From: Magnetococcales bacterium
GTDB lineage: Bacteria; Pseudomonadota; Magnetococcia; Magnetococcales; UBA8363
Assembly: GCA_015228925.1 (NCBI GenBank)
Contig: JADGCQ010000001.1
Span: forward strand, 50,669-114,668
Direction: 5' to 3'
Length of the DNA: 64,000 nt
The notes beneath the pieces were generated by a model that saw only the letters and a list, made by a program, of their open reading frames with translations, was not told where the DNA came from and ran no database searches. Shown here one piece after another: positions 27,555 to 35,681 of the stretch (positions are counted from its first letter, which is position 1; every line of letters begins with the position of its first letter). Position numbers and translations under genes: made by a program.

Positions 27555-27674
27555 TTTATCTCTTTAAGCATATCGTTCGCACGCCATCGTTATGCGGGCA
27601 AGTCATGTGATCATGCTTGTCCGTCCCACTTTGGGTTTTTCCAAACGTGCAGGGGATGGTTGAAGATGTGTTGA

Positions 27675-29030
27675 TTATTCTTCGATGCTGACGTTCCGTT
27701 CCGCAGCCACGGTTTCAAATGTTTTCCCGCCAGAGCCGTCCAGGTAGACGATCCGTCCGGTCGCTTTGATGTACCGTTTCACGGCAACGTCAACAAAATT
27801 CGGTGATAATTCCATTGCATAAACTTTGCAACGTGCGTTTTCGCCAGCTATGATTTGGGAGCCAGAACCGGAGAACGGTTCGTAGCAAACATCGCCCGGA
27901 CGAATGTGCATCCTCATTGGTATGGCAAAACAATCAAGCGGCTTCGGAGTCGGGTGGTCAGGGCGTTCATCGCCAAGGAGAGAATCGATCTCCCATACCG
28001 TGGCCTGGGAACCTGAGTCCTTGTTGTGATGCGGAGTCTTTCCCCTCATCCAGCCAAATAAGCATGGCTCATGGTTCATCATGTAGAGCGCCCGGCCCAT
28101 AACCTTGTTGTTTTTCTTCCAGATGATTTGCTGGTGAACGAAAGCACCGGCACGTTCCCAGGAAGATTCAACCATCATTTGTTTCTTGTAGGCGTGCCAG
28201 CAGTACCATGCCGCACGCTCATCAATCGCATGTTCCACAGCAATCTTGATAAGCCGATCAAAGAACTCATCTCCATCGCCATTGGAATCCCACGTCGTGC
28301 CATGCGCTGTAGACCAATCTCTTTCAACTTCACTGATCTGTTTACCTTCGGCGCGTTTCTCATCACGCTCTTTATTGACGCGCTTAAAGCCAGCCGGATG
28401 ACTTGCACCAGAATAATTGATCAGGTAGGGAGGATCGGTGGCAAACAGTTTTGCCCTCTCCCCGTTCATAAGCCGGATGACGTTTTCTTCGTTCAGGCTG
28501 TCACCACAGAGCAGACGGTGTTCCCCCAAAATCCACAAGTCACCCGGTTGCGTGACAGCGACAGTCGGCGGTTCCGGGATTTTGTAGTCCAAGCCGTCCG
28601 ATTCACCTGAACCTTCAATCTCTTTTTCGATACCAGCAAGTAATTTATCAATCTCATCGGAGTTGAATCCGGTCATATCCAAGTCAAAGCCATCATTTGA
28701 AAGATCTTCAAACTCAAGCCGCAATAATTCTTCATCCCATTCGGCCCAACTTGCCGATCTATTCGCCAGCAAACGAAATGCTTTTATTTGCGTCGGTGAT
28801 AGTTCGTCTGCCAGTGCTACCGGGACATTTTTCAATCCGCTTTTAATTGCAGCCTTCAATCTCAGATGGCCATCAATTACAGTTCCGTCACTAAGCGCAA
28901 CGATTGGAATCCGAAACCCGAACTCCTTGATGGCAGCAACCATTTGCGTTACCGCTTCATCATTCTTTCGCGGGTTACGAGCGTATGGTGTGAGTCGTTC
29001 TATCGACCATTCTTCCACTTTTAAAGGCAT
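27675..29030 (-). CDS. ParB-like nuclease domain fused to a beta-class N6-adenine/N4-cytosine DNA methyltransferase
   Basis: N-terminus ...YARNPRKNDEAV..MVAAIKEFGFRIPI... is ParB/Srx-like. Motif IV DPPY (FATDPPYLINY) precedes motif I FSGSGS, which is the beta-class order. Confidence 0.85.
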   Translation of the reverse strand: MPLKVEEWSIERLTPYARNPRKNDEAVTQMVAAIKEFGFRIPIVALSDGTVIDGHLRLKAAIKSGLKNVPVALADELSPTQIKAFRLLANRSASWAEWDEELLRLEFEDLSNDGFDLDMTGFNSDEIDKLLAGIEKEIEGSGESDGLDYKIPEPPTVAVTQPGDLWILGEHRLLCGDSLNEENVIRLMNGERAKLFATDPPYLINYSGASHPAGFKRVNKERDEKRAEGKQISEVERDWSTAHGTTWDSNGDGDEFFDRLIKIAVEHAIDERAAWYCWHAYKKQMMVESSWERAGAFVHQQIIWKKNNKVMGRALYMMNHEPCLFGWMRGKTPHHNKDSGSQATVWEIDSLLGDERPDHPTPKPLDCFAIPMRMHIRPGDVCYEPFSGSGSQIIAGENARCKVYAMELSPNFVDVAVKRYIKATGRIVYLDGSGGKTFETVAAERNVSIEE

Positions 29031-29249
29031 TGGCTTGTCATCCGTGTAAACCGATGGTTAACAAAAAAATATTAAAAATTTCAATTCATTGTATGCACGA
29101 TGCGATCTTGCGGGGACTTTTTTCAGAGGCAATGTAAACCTTTTGTAAACGATGCACGCTAGAGATTTTGCGAGCTTCGCGCGGAACCCGCTGATAATAC
29201 CGCTGGTAGTACCTTTGATGGCCATCATTAGCACTATAGATCGAAACTT

Positions 29250-29621
29250 GGACCGATCATTGCGTTAGGTAAACGGATCGAAGATTGCACTATACATCCT
29301 GGACCAAAGATTGCACTATAAATATTGGACCGATCATTGCTACCAAACAAATGGACCAAAGAATGCAATAAACAAACGGATCGAAGATTGCATCAAGCAA
29401 CTGGACCGAAGATTGCACCATACAATCGGACCAATCATTGCATCATAAGGATTGGACCAAAGATTGCGACCATGTATTGGACCAATCATTGCACTATACA
29501 GACTGGACCAACCATTGCATTACATAACGTGGACCTACCATTGCATTGGATACATTGGACCGAAGATTGCGACTATGTAATGGACCAATCATTGCTAAAC
29601 ATAGTCTGGACCAGATATTGC
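29250..29621. repeat. Iteron array: 15 direct copies of GGAYCNAHNATTGC spaced 25-26 bp apart
   Basis: Copies start at 29250, 29275, 29301, 29327, 29353, 29378, 29403, 29428, 29454, 29479, 29505, 29531, 29557, 29582 and 29608, all in the same orientation. Two subtypes are present: ..ATCATTGC and ..AAGATTGC. Confidence 0.9.
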
Positions 29622-30064
29622 TACGCGCACCACATACTAAGCCCTAGCCTATCCATGCCCTAGCCATGCCTTGCCCATGGCGTGGCGTGGCGTGGCCGTG
29701 CCTTATCCCCTTGGCATTGCTCCAATTTCCCGTTTTCTATAGCCAAAAACAACAAGTTACAAGATTCTTGCAACATGTTTTTCGTTCAATATCAATGCGT
29801 TGAGTGACCGTTGCTATGAAATTCGTGAATTTTAATTTGAAAAATTATTCAACAATTTCAATATATTACGATTTGAATTCTTAGTCTAAAAAACTCCACA
29901 TAAAACGATGTGTTTCAAGAAAAATCAAGAAAATTCACGATTCTTTTCTCTTTTGTTCCGTTGTTTTTATTCACATTTTATCGACTACCCGTTTTTTTAT
30001 CCTTAGATTTAAAAAATAGTGGTTGATAAGAGATTATATCGGAGCGATAGTTGAATTGTCAGTT

Positions 30065-30121
30065 GGGAACAAAGAGAGAACAAACAGGGAACAAACAGGG
30101 AACAAAACAGGGAACAAAAAC
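30065..30121 (+). repeat. Five tandem GAACAAA(C)AGG-type units in the 5' leader of the first plus-strand gene
   Basis: gggaacaaagaga gaacaaacagg gaacaaacagg gaacaaaacagg gaacaaaaac, ending 25 nt before the ATG at 30147. Confidence 0.8.
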
Positions 30122-30146
30122 TTTAAAATATTTTGGAGAAAATAGA

Positions 30147-30761
30147 ATGAAACAGATCGGACAACAATTCGACTTTGAAAATTCCAAGAATATGGATGCC
30201 GAGTGGTTGAACTTTGAAAATGCTGCACAAGCAGCACATGAAAGCATCCTGCAAATACCATACTACAGTGATGCCATCCAGGGTGAAATCCTGGAAGAAC
30301 AAGAAGAAAAACAGGAAGAACAAACCGAAAACAAGTTTGATGACGTTATCTTGGAAGTTTGCAACGGAATCATGAAGCTTTGCATCGTTGACAGGGAAAA
30401 GGATGCAATCAAACTCCTGAAAGTGGTTGGAAACAAATTCGGATTTGAGTCAGATTATTACAATCTGGCTCTTGAGACTTTGGTCGATACGACCAAAAAA
30501 ACAGGATTGGCCAAGGGATTCGGATCGGCCAAGGGCAAAAAGGTTAAGGACCACAAGAAAGATGCAGTTGAATCGTTGTTGTTGCGCCCATGTGGCGCAA
30601 ATGCTACGGAAATTCATGCCATCACCGGATGGCAGATTCACACCATCCGAGCGTTCGTCTCTACCCGTAAGAAGCATGGTTTCAATGCTTGGAAGAATGT
30701 CATGCAAAAAAGTGGTGAGAAGCCAATCACCACTTGGTTCATCGAACGGATAGCTGCATAA
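30147..30761 (+). CDS. DUF3489-like (winged-helix) domain protein with acidic N-terminal region
   Basis: GGAG RBS before the ATG at 30147. The C-terminus ...LLLRPCGANATEIHAITGWQIHTIRAFVS... matches the DUF3489 pattern (RP.GAT..E....TGWQ.HS.RGF.S). Confidence 0.6.
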   Translation: MKQIGQQFDFENSKNMDAEWLNFENAAQAAHESILQIPYYSDAIQGEILEEQEEKQEEQTENKFDDVILEVCNGIMKLCIVDREKDAIKLLKVVGNKFGFESDYYNLALETLVDTTKKTGLAKGFGSAKGKKVKDHKKDAVESLLLRPCGANATEIHAITGWQIHTIRAFVSTRKKHGFNAWKNVMQKSGEKPITTWFIERIAA

Positions 30762-30861
30762 GCCATCCTAATCTCCTGGACGCCAACATTTAATGGCGTC
30801 CAGGGTTTTAACTAATTTTTTAATGTGTTTAAACAATCAATAAACAACAGGATCTAACGTG

Positions 30862-31083
30862 ATGAGGATATTAAGCCAAGGATTTTGTATGCGACCTCAT
30901 GTTAATGCCGTGATCGTTGGCAGGGGGAACAGTGCAAATGCTGCTTTCTGGAACGCAGTGAAACAAGGGGTTCCAGAGGATTTTTGCAAAAACGGATGGA
31001 GATTCACTCACCGTGAAAGGTGGGAATTGTATCCAGACGGTACAGAGGGACCAATTGAGTATAGGATTTCATTTGGTGAGTAG
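30862..31083 (+). CDS. Hypothetical protein (73 aa)
   Basis: ORF with the operon orientation. Weak RBS. Confidence 0.3.
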   Translation: MRILSQGFCMRPHVNAVIVGRGNSANAAFWNAVKQGVPEDFCKNGWRFTHRERWELYPDGTEGPIEYRISFGE

Positions 31084-31329
31084 CTGTTCAAGATCAAGAT
31101 GATACCTTTAAGGATGCACTAGCATCCACGGTTTAAGCAACGGATTATAAGGAACCGTGTGGATGTTGGCTAGTTGCGCCTTGCATGTTTTGAATTCTAC
31201 GATGTGCGTTTCTTAAACGGAACATCGCATCGTTTCAATAAACACCAACACAACGCTGGCATTGTATAGAGCCATAAATATAAGGTTCTGGCTCTACATA
31301 ATGCCAACAAATTAAACAGGAGCAATCCT

Positions 31330-31767
31330 ATGATTTTCAAGATGACGGTCGTTGCGAGCGTTGATATGCAAAAACTTATCAGCGTGAAAGCAAAATCGGT
31401 GATGGATGCCGAATTTAAGTATCAAAAGTTTCTGAATGCTCGGTCACAATTCACCGGAGCAACGAACGATGGGTTTAAGTTCACATACATCCATCACATA
31501 TCGCCAGTTTACAAGTTCGATCTTGCCAGAACGGAAGATGGACGTTTCGCTGGGGTTGTCCAGGCCAACATCACCATGACTCTGAATGTGTGTAAGGAAT
31601 GCACATCGGAGCAAGATGCTTGGGAAAAGGCTGAAAAACAATTCATCGAATTGAAACAAGCCGATCCATTCTATGATTGGGAATGGAAAAGCTGGATTGC
31701 TGCCGAAGAAAGCAGCAGGTACATGATGAAACACTTTTATACCGAACAGGATCGGGTTGCTGCATAA
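31330..31767 (+). CDS. Hypothetical protein (145 aa)
   Basis: AGGAG RBS 7 nt upstream of the ATG. Confidence 0.45.
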   Translation: MIFKMTVVASVDMQKLISVKAKSVMDAEFKYQKFLNARSQFTGATNDGFKFTYIHHISPVYKFDLARTEDGRFAGVVQANITMTLNVCKECTSEQDAWEKAEKQFIELKQADPFYDWEWKSWIAAEESSRYMMKHFYTEQDRVAA

Positions 31768-31813
31768 GCAACTGACGATAAACAACCACATTAAATTAAA
31801 AAGGATGACGAAA

Positions 31814-32905
31814 ATGCAACTCACACAAGCCAGCAACCAATGGAAGAACCGACCTGATGATGAACGGTTTTTGAGTATAACCGACATGAACAATCATTTC
31901 CAAAGGCTTCGATCCCGAAGTGCGGAAAAGGTACTCTTGAACAGTGATTTGAGAGTGATCCCCAACGCCAGCGGGAATGGAGAAATCGAGATCATCGGTA
32001 AGAATTCGACCATACCTGCAAAAATTACCCATTGGTCGCTCGGCCAGTTGGCGCAACGCGCTCAGGCTCCAGCGTCTTACATCCGGTCGCTGCCTCCTGA
32101 AATTGCATCGACCTGTTTGAACTATGGCTTGCAGAGCAGCGGGGTCGGCTCCATCGGCGCGTTGCTTTCAGTCAATGACAACATGGAGCCGGAACTTCGC
32201 GCAGTGACAGGTCCGAATTATGGACGGATCTGGAATGCGACCATCAGCAATGCCATCGTTGAACGGTTTGGGGATGGCATCACCAGTGATTTTCGGGTTC
32301 CGGGTGAATTCGGAAAAGACATCGTTGTGACGAAACAGAACACAACGCTGTACGCCAGCGACCGTGACATGTTCGTTTTCCTTGCGGATGAGAAAAACCG
32401 CATCGAAATCCCCAACAGGAGAGACGGAAAAAACGGATCGCTCGCTCGCGGGTTCTTCGTATGGAACAGCGAAGTTGGAGCAGCCACGTTCGGGGTTGCA
32501 TCATTCCTGTTCGACTACGCTTGCAGCAACCGCATCGTCTGGGGTGCGCAAGGGTATAAGGAATTCAAAATCAGGCACACCAGCCAAGCACCGGAACGCT
32601 GGATCGAAGAGATCCACCCGATGATCAAGCAGTACACCAACAGCAGCACGATGGGGATCGTAACCGCAATCAAATCAGCGATGAATATGCCCGTCGCTGA
32701 CCCGAAGGGATTTTTGCAACAAAGGTTCACCGGAACGCTGGCTGATAAGATCATGCAAGCGCATTTCAATGATGAACACAAACCCATTGAAACAATCTGG
32801 GATGTCACAACTGGCATCACAGCGTTTGCCCGATCAATCGAACATCAGGACGCCAGGGTGGGCATGGAGCGGACCGCTGGTAAAATCCTGGAAATGGCTC
32901 TCTAG
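31814..32905 (+). CDS. DUF932-like (phage/plasmid-like protein) family member
   Basis: ...QWKNRPDDERFLSITDM...RAVTGPNYGRIWN...FFVWNSEVGAATFGVASFLFDYACSNRIVWG... resembles DUF932 by eye. The start could also be 31805. Confidence 0.6.
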   Translation: MQLTQASNQWKNRPDDERFLSITDMNNHFQRLRSRSAEKVLLNSDLRVIPNASGNGEIEIIGKNSTIPAKITHWSLGQLAQRAQAPASYIRSLPPEIASTCLNYGLQSSGVGSIGALLSVNDNMEPELRAVTGPNYGRIWNATISNAIVERFGDGITSDFRVPGEFGKDIVVTKQNTTLYASDRDMFVFLADEKNRIEIPNRRDGKNGSLARGFFVWNSEVGAATFGVASFLFDYACSNRIVWGAQGYKEFKIRHTSQAPERWIEEIHPMIKQYTNSSTMGIVTAIKSAMNMPVADPKGFLQQRFTGTLADKIMQAHFNDEHKPIETIWDVTTGITAFARSIEHQDARVGMERTAGKILEMAL

Positions 32906-32985
32906 GCTTGCGAACGATCAAGGGCTGCACATTTAAGCAGCCCTTGAAATTCACATATTAATATAAACTATCAAGGACATATAAA

Positions 32986-33336
32986 ATGGAAACCATCGAA
33001 ACCAAAGAAGTCAGCGTCCAAGACATACTGGACAGCGTGTTCACCACAGCTACCAATCCAGGAGATGCTCGCCAGACAGGGAGTGCCGCAAGACTCCCCA
33101 AAGCCATCAACTCACAACATCACCATAACGTCGTCATGCTCCTACTCCATCGGCCTTGTGGCGTCACGCAACAGCAGATCACCGATGCTACCGGGTGGAA
33201 CGCAGCCAATACCAGGATGTTTTTCTCCATGGCCCATCAGCGGTTCGGTGTGCTTGTGTCCATCAAACAGACTTTGAAAGACGGCGTAAAAACGATCTCT
33301 TACAGCGTTGTCGAGCAAGCCCAAAGGAGCGCATGA
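32986..33336 (+). CDS. Divergent DUF3489-like protein (116 aa)
   Basis: AAGGA RBS. ...LLLHRPCGVTQQQITDATGWNAANTRMFFS... aligns by eye with the other two DUF3489-like C-termini. Confidence 0.5.
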   Translation: METIETKEVSVQDILDSVFTTATNPGDARQTGSAARLPKAINSQHHHNVVMLLLHRPCGVTQQQITDATGWNAANTRMFFSMAHQRFGVLVSIKQTLKDGVKTISYSVVEQAQRSA

Positions 33337-33337
33337 A

Positions 33338-33586
33338 ATGGTTGCACTTGAAGACATCACCAACCAGCAAAGAGATGCACTGAAAGAACTATTCTTTGAT
33401 CAAACGCTGGAAGAAAACCTCATCGACGTCTTCCAACTACCAATTAGTGATCGATATATCGATCATGGGGCCGCAGAAGCAATAGAAAGATCCGGCATCG
33501 TCCAAAGTTGGATGGTCTGGATCGACTATATTGGGAGAGAAGCATATGCGATCAACCCGGATGGAAAAGTCACCATCATTGATTGA
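33338..33586 (+). CDS. Small paralogue 1 of a tandem family (82 aa)
   Basis: Preceded by the conserved junction aaaggagcgcatgaaATG. Shares the pattern (T/S)N.Q..AL.EL.....W..WI.Y.....A..I.PDG. Confidence 0.5.
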   Translation: MVALEDITNQQRDALKELFFDQTLEENLIDVFQLPISDRYIDHGAAEAIERSGIVQSWMVWIDYIGREAYAINPDGKVTIID

Positions 33587-33601
33587 AAAGGAGCGCATGA
33601 A

Positions 33602-33805
33602 ATGATGAAAATTGAGCAATTAACCAACAAACAAATAGCCGCACTTGAAGAGCTACGGCATGACGTGAGCATCGAGGTCGGGATGACCGACGTTTTGTTC
33701 GATGTTCATCCGCTGCCAATCGGCGGTTGGATCATCTGGGTGAATTACATCGACCAAGTAACCTTCATCATCGACCAAGATGGTGAAATCACCCGACTGG
33801 ATTGA
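33602..33805 (+). CDS. Small paralogue 2 of the tandem family (67 aa)
   Basis: Same junction, aaaggagcgcatgaaATGATG. ...LTNKQIAALEEL...GGWIIWVNYIDQVTFIIDQDGEI... Confidence 0.5.
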   Translation: MMKIEQLTNKQIAALEELRHDVSIEVGMTDVLFDVHPLPIGGWIIWVNYIDQVTFIIDQDGEITRLD

Positions 33806-34194
33806 TGGTGGCCAAGCAAATGAGCGGAAAAATGATCAAACTCGTAGAGATTACCAGAGATTGCATAGGCTGCAAAAGCTGCAAAGATTGCATCACCTGG
33901 ATCAATAGCACCATTCAAGAAGCGTTTGTGATCAAACCGGATGGGGCAACCATCTACATCATTCCTAAAGGATTGCATGAAATGATTAAAATGGAGGATA
34001 TGTCAGCACAGCAATTCGCTGTGATGAGGGGTCTTTTTATATCCGGCAAGATGCCGAACCTGGACGATGCTCATTGGGTTCCGATAGGCACAAGTGATTG
34101 CATCCTATGGATAAACTTTGACAGCAAGGAAGCTGGCATAGTCAAACCTAACGGGAAAACCGAAGAATTCGCATCAACAAGAATGGGAGCGTGA
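33805..34194 (+). CDS. Fused paralogues 3+4 of the tandem family (129 aa)
   Basis: TGATG overlap with the previous stop. An internal relic of the junction (cctaaaggattgcatgaaatg at ~33966) lies in frame between the two modules. Confidence 0.5.
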   Translation: MVAKQMSGKMIKLVEITRDCIGCKSCKDCITWINSTIQEAFVIKPDGATIYIIPKGLHEMIKMEDMSAQQFAVMRGLFISGKMPNLDDAHWVPIGTSDCILWINFDSKEAGIVKPNGKTEEFASTRMGA

Positions 34195-34195
34195 A

Positions 34196-35389
34196 ATGAA
34201 ACACACACAAAAATTAAGCGGAACGCAGGAAAGCATCATCTACAGCGCAATTCTGCGGTTAGGGAAGTCTATTCATCCTTTACCGTACTACCTGAACGGC
34301 GCACCAGCGAAAAAGGTGCTGGCAGCCCTCCGGTCGAAAGGGTACATCGATGACAAAGACATCGTAACCCAGGAAGGTATTGAAATGTTCAATGCCTTCC
34401 GAAAGAGCAAAGGTGTCCAGGAAGTCATATTGATGGAAAACAGTGAACCGCTTACGGAGCCTACCATCGTTTCCATAGCGGAAACCATGGCCGAACCCAT
34501 GCCGGAAACCATGGCCGAGCCTATGCCGGAAACCATGGCCGAACCTATGCCGGAAACCATGGCCGAGCCTATGCCGGAAACCATGGCCGAACCTATGCCG
34601 GAAACCATGGCCGAACCCATGCCGGAAACCATGGCCGAGCCTATGCCGGAAACCATGGCCGAACCCATGCCGGAAACCATGGCCGAGCCTATAGCCGCCG
34701 ATGAACCAGCGGGCGATCCGGCAGCCGACGCTCCGGCATCCGACGCTCTTGCAGCACTTTCGGACGCTGATCTTTCAAACTCAGCTTTTCTCGAAAACTT
34801 GAAAGAGTTTGTCGATCAAACCGTTTCGGAGCATGGAGAAAAACATGTTGCAGAGCCAGAAATTTGTGATTTTAAGGAACTGGATCTGGACAAACTGGAT
34901 TCTAAGGAATCGGAAGTGGATGAATATCTTGCGATTTACATCCCAGAGATTCATAAACGCATCGACATGCGAAATTGGACCTCTGTACATAATGCGCTTG
35001 TGTTTATCAGGGAGAAACACGGGAAAGCGAGCTTCCATCACCTAGTTGCCACCACCGAGGCATTGAAATACACTTTCAATGCCGGGATGGATCAAGGTAA
35101 AACATACGTCACATGCAGATCACAAAATGGAACCAAAAAAGCCAAAGTGATTGAGATGATCATGCGACCTGAAGGCGTCACGCTCGATGAAATCTTTGAA
35201 CTCACCAAATGGCAACCACATTCCATCAGGGGGTTCATTTCGACCATCAAAAAGGATCTTGGCATTGAGATCCTTGTCTCCAAGGAATGGATTGCCGGAG
35301 CAAAAGGCAAACCGACCACAACATACAAGGGTGTTTCGCCACAAGGAACTACCGATCAGGCCACCGAACTGGCCAACATGGCTGCATGA
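34196..35389 (+). CDS. DUF3489-like C-terminal domain protein with (ETMAEPMP)n repeat linker (397 aa)
   Basis: GGGAG RBS. The C-terminus ...MIMRPEGVTLDEIFELTKWQPHSIRGFISTIKKDLG... is a strong DUF3489-like match. Central 24-bp repeat array. Confidence 0.65.
   Translation: MKHTQKLSGTQESIIYSAILRLGKSIHPLPYYLNGAPAKKVLAALRSKGYIDDKDIVTQEGIEMFNAFRKSKGVQEVILMENSEPLTEPTIVSIAETMAEPMPETMAEPMPETMAEPMPETMAEPMPETMAEPMPETMAEPMPETMAEPMPETMAEPMPETMAEPIAADEPAGDPAADAPASDALAALSDADLSNSAFLENLKEFVDQTVSEHGEKHVAEPEICDFKELDLDKLDSKESEVDEYLAIYIPEIHKRIDMRNWTSVHNALVFIREKHGKASFHHLVATTEALKYTFNAGMDQGKTYVTCRSQNGTKKAKVIEMIMRPEGVTLDEIFELTKWQPHSIRGFISTIKKDLGIEILVSKEWIAGAKGKPTTTYKGVSPQGTTDQATELANMAA
34481..34696 (+). repeat. 24-bp in-frame tandem repeat, 8 full units plus 1 variant (gaaaccatggccgaRccYatgccg = ETMAEPMP)
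   Basis: Counted directly. Units start at 34481, 34505, 34529, 34553, 34577, 34601, 34625, 34649 and 34673. Only synonymous third-position differences distinguish them. Confidence 0.9.
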
Positions 35390-35399
35390 TTCTCAAACA

Positions 35400-35430
35400 A
35401 AGCGGGGGACCGCTTATAGTTCCCCCGCTT
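35400..35430 (+). terminator. Terminator-like hairpin after the 397-aa gene
   Basis: Perfect 10-bp inverted repeat aagcggggga / tcccccgctt with an 11-nt loop. Only a short T run follows, so termination efficiency is uncertain. Confidence 0.4.
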
Positions 35431-35441
35431 TAGGAGCGAGC

Positions 35442-35681
35442 ATGGTAAAAATAAAAAAAGAGCCGTTTAGGCATGTAAGACGGTTTATGATCGATATACA
35501 TTCCGTTCTCCAGGAAGCAAACTGCTGCCAAAAATCAGAAGGTTGTCCTGATTGGGCAACCATCAAGATGCTGGTCGAGGCCGCTTATAGGCTCGGCGTG
35601 GAGCATCAAACAGATCCAGTCAGACGTTATCTTTCTGTGAAAAAAAGCATTCAGAGAACACCACCGTCGGAGTCAGACTAA
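35442..35681 (+). CDS. Hypothetical protein (79 aa)
   Basis: AGGAG RBS 6 nt before the ATG at 35442. TAATG overlap with the next gene. Confidence 0.4.
   Translation: MVKIKKEPFRHVRRFMIDIHSVLQEANCCQKSEGCPDWATIKMLVEAAYRLGVEHQTDPVRRYLSVKKSIQRTPPSESD

Noticed and set aside
29250-29621. Could the regularly spaced repeats be a CRISPR array?
   Set aside because: The repeat unit is only 14-15 bp with ~11-bp spacers (period 25-26 bp), far below CRISPR dimensions. The repeats are degenerate in two subtypes. No cas genes or leader-like organisation are present. It fits protein-binding iterons better.
29325-29663. 112-aa plus-strand ORF in the ORF track
   Set aside because: It is a direct translation of the iteron array (repetitive GPKIA/TNHC peptides). 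It has no RBS and lies in an otherwise non-coding hub.
31090-31329. Intergenic imperfect hairpins (catccacggtt..aaccgtgtggatg; ggcattgtatagagcc..ggctctacataatgcc) as a distinct ncRNA
   Set aside because: The stems are imperfect with bulges and lack terminator-like U-runs. I cannot distinguish them from ordinary operator or terminator remnants without covariation data, so they are noted but not called.
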